Of a stretch of DNA of 206 bases, positions 1-206 are shown piece by piece. The notes under the pieces are model-generated. The model saw nothing but the letters and a program-made list of their open reading frames with translations, was not told the DNA's origin and did not search any database. The position numbers were made by a program, and so were the translations under genes. How positions within the stretch are numbered: the stretch's first letter is position 1; each line of letters opens with the position of its first letter. Origin of the DNA: Escherichia coli (GTDB lineage Bacteria > Pseudomonadota > Gammaproteobacteria > Enterobacterales > Enterobacteriaceae); the NCBI RefSeq assembly GCF_003334405.1, contig NZ_QOWM01000079.1; one strand, given 5' to 3'.

Positions 1-26
1 CGGCGTGAACGCCTTATCCGGCCTAC
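1..26 (+). repeat. Y-type REP, 5'-truncated by window edge (CGGCGTGAACGCCTTATCCGGCCTAC)
   Basis: Identical to the 3' 26 nt of the full Y REP at 86-119 except for A8 versus G101 in the loop; ends in the characteristic GGCCTAC tail. Confidence 0.8.
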
Positions 27-43
27 GAATGGCGCAAGAATCT

Positions 44-72
44 GTAGGCCTGATAAGCGTAGCGCATCAGGC
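44..72 (-). repeat. Z-type REP (Z2-like), inverted relative to the Y REPs
   Basis: Reverse complement of 44-72 is GCCTGATGCGCTACGCTTATCAGGCCTAC. Imperfect palindrome: 48-54 GCCTGAT pairs with 66-72 ATCAGGC; inner GCG 57-59 pairs with CGC 63-65; AA bulge at 55-56; loop TAG 60-62. Same GCCTAC tail as the Y REP but read on the opposite strand. Confidence 0.75.
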
Positions 73-85
73 ATTTGCCACCACT

Positions 86-119
86 GCCGGATGCGGCGTG
101 GACGCCTTATCCGGCCTAC
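86..119 (+). repeat. Y-type REP, complete (GCCGGATGCGGCGTGGACGCCTTATCCGGCCTAC)
   Basis: Imperfect palindrome: 86-92 GCCGGAT pairs with 109-115 ATCCGGC; 95-98 GGCG pairs with 103-106 CGCC; loop TGGA 99-102; internal mismatch GC/TT at 93-94 versus 107-108. Matches the E. coli REP consensus as I recall it. Confidence 0.85.
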
Positions 120-136
120 GAGTGGCGCGAGAATCT

Positions 137-165
137 GTAGGCCTGATAAGCGTAGCGCATCAGGC
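137..165 (-). repeat. Z-type REP (Z2-like), inverted, second copy
   Basis: Identical in sequence to 44-72 and offset by exactly 93 bp. Confidence 0.75.
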
Positions 166-178
166 ATTTGTCACCATT

Positions 179-206
179 GCCGGATGCGGCGTGAACGCCT
201 TATCCG
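179..206 (+). repeat. Y-type REP, 3'-truncated by window edge (GCCGGATGCGGCGTGAACGCCTTATCCG)
   Basis: Begins with GCCGGATGCGGCGTG exactly as at 86-100 and continues with the AACGCCTTATCCG seen at 8-20; runs off the window end. Confidence 0.8.

Larger units (their letters stand above)
1..206. repeat. BIME-like tandem array of REP elements (BIME-2-like), 93-bp unit, about 2.2 copies, truncated at both window edges
   Basis: Direct: the 7-mer CGGCGTG recurs at 1, 94 and 187, giving a 93-bp period. Copy 1 (1-93) and copy 2 (94-186) align without gaps with 5 mismatches in 93 (about 95% identity). Each unit has two imperfect palindromes in opposite orientation. Established knowledge: alternating Y and Z REPs with short linkers define BIMEs in E. 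coli and related Enterobacteriaceae. Confidence 0.85.

Noticed and set aside
65-77. IHF-binding site of the BIME-1 L motif / RIP element type (consensus WATCAANNNNTTR)
   Set aside because: The best match, CATCAGGCATTTG, has mismatches at the first position and inside the ATCAA core, and it overlaps the Z-REP stem. No clean match lies in the tail-to-tail linker 27-43, so the array looks BIME-2-like rather than IHF-binding BIME-1.
86-119. tRNA or small structured ncRNA gene suggested by the GC-rich hairpins
   Set aside because: There is no cloverleaf arrangement or recognisable anticodon arm and T-loop motif. The hairpins are fully explained as REP palindromes.
1-206. Forward frames 1 and 2 contain no stop codon across the whole window, and the 93-bp period is a multiple of 3 (31 codons), which could suggest a repetitive protein-coding region. 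ATG occurs at 29-31 and 91-93.
   Set aside because: The stop-free stretch is effectively only 31 unique GC-rich codons repeated, which is not significant. No ribosome-binding site or coding-like codon periodicity is evident. The sequence matches canonical extragenic REP palindromes, and no CDS can be anchored in this window.
1-206. CRISPR array (regularly spaced palindromic repeats)
   Set aside because: The candidate spacers are themselves repeated near-identically every 93 bp instead of being unique. The palindromes alternate in orientation, and their sequences match REP Y and Z motifs, not CRISPR repeats.
1-206. Inverted-repeat termini of an insertion sequence or MITE
   Set aside because: The inverted elements are only 29-34 bp REPs separated by 13-17 bp with no intervening cargo. 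The structure is tandemly reiterated rather than bounded, and no target-site duplication is visible within the window. REP-derived mobility via a RAYT encoded elsewhere remains possible and is listed as a finding.

Overview
The whole 206-bp window is a tandem array of enterobacterial REP (repetitive extragenic palindromic) elements, organised as a BIME (bacterial interspersed mosaic element). The repeat unit is 93 bp and is present in about 2.2 copies (1-93, 94-186, and a partial copy 187-206 that runs off the window). Each unit holds one Y-type REP read on the + strand (GCCGGATGCGGCGTGAACGCCTTATCCGGCCTAC) and one Z-type REP read on the - strand (GCCTGATGCGCTACGCTTATCAGGCCTAC), arranged tail-to-tail across a 17-bp linker and head-to-head across a 13-bp spacer. 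This is the architecture described for BIME-2-like clusters in Escherichia coli and close relatives. I cannot support any protein-coding gene, tRNA, rRNA, CRISPR array or promoter here. The array is truncated at both window edges, so its true copy number and flanking genes are unknown. Nothing in these 206 bp supports a novel biological system; this is a well-described class of intergenic repeat, and the findings below are modest observations on its internal structure.
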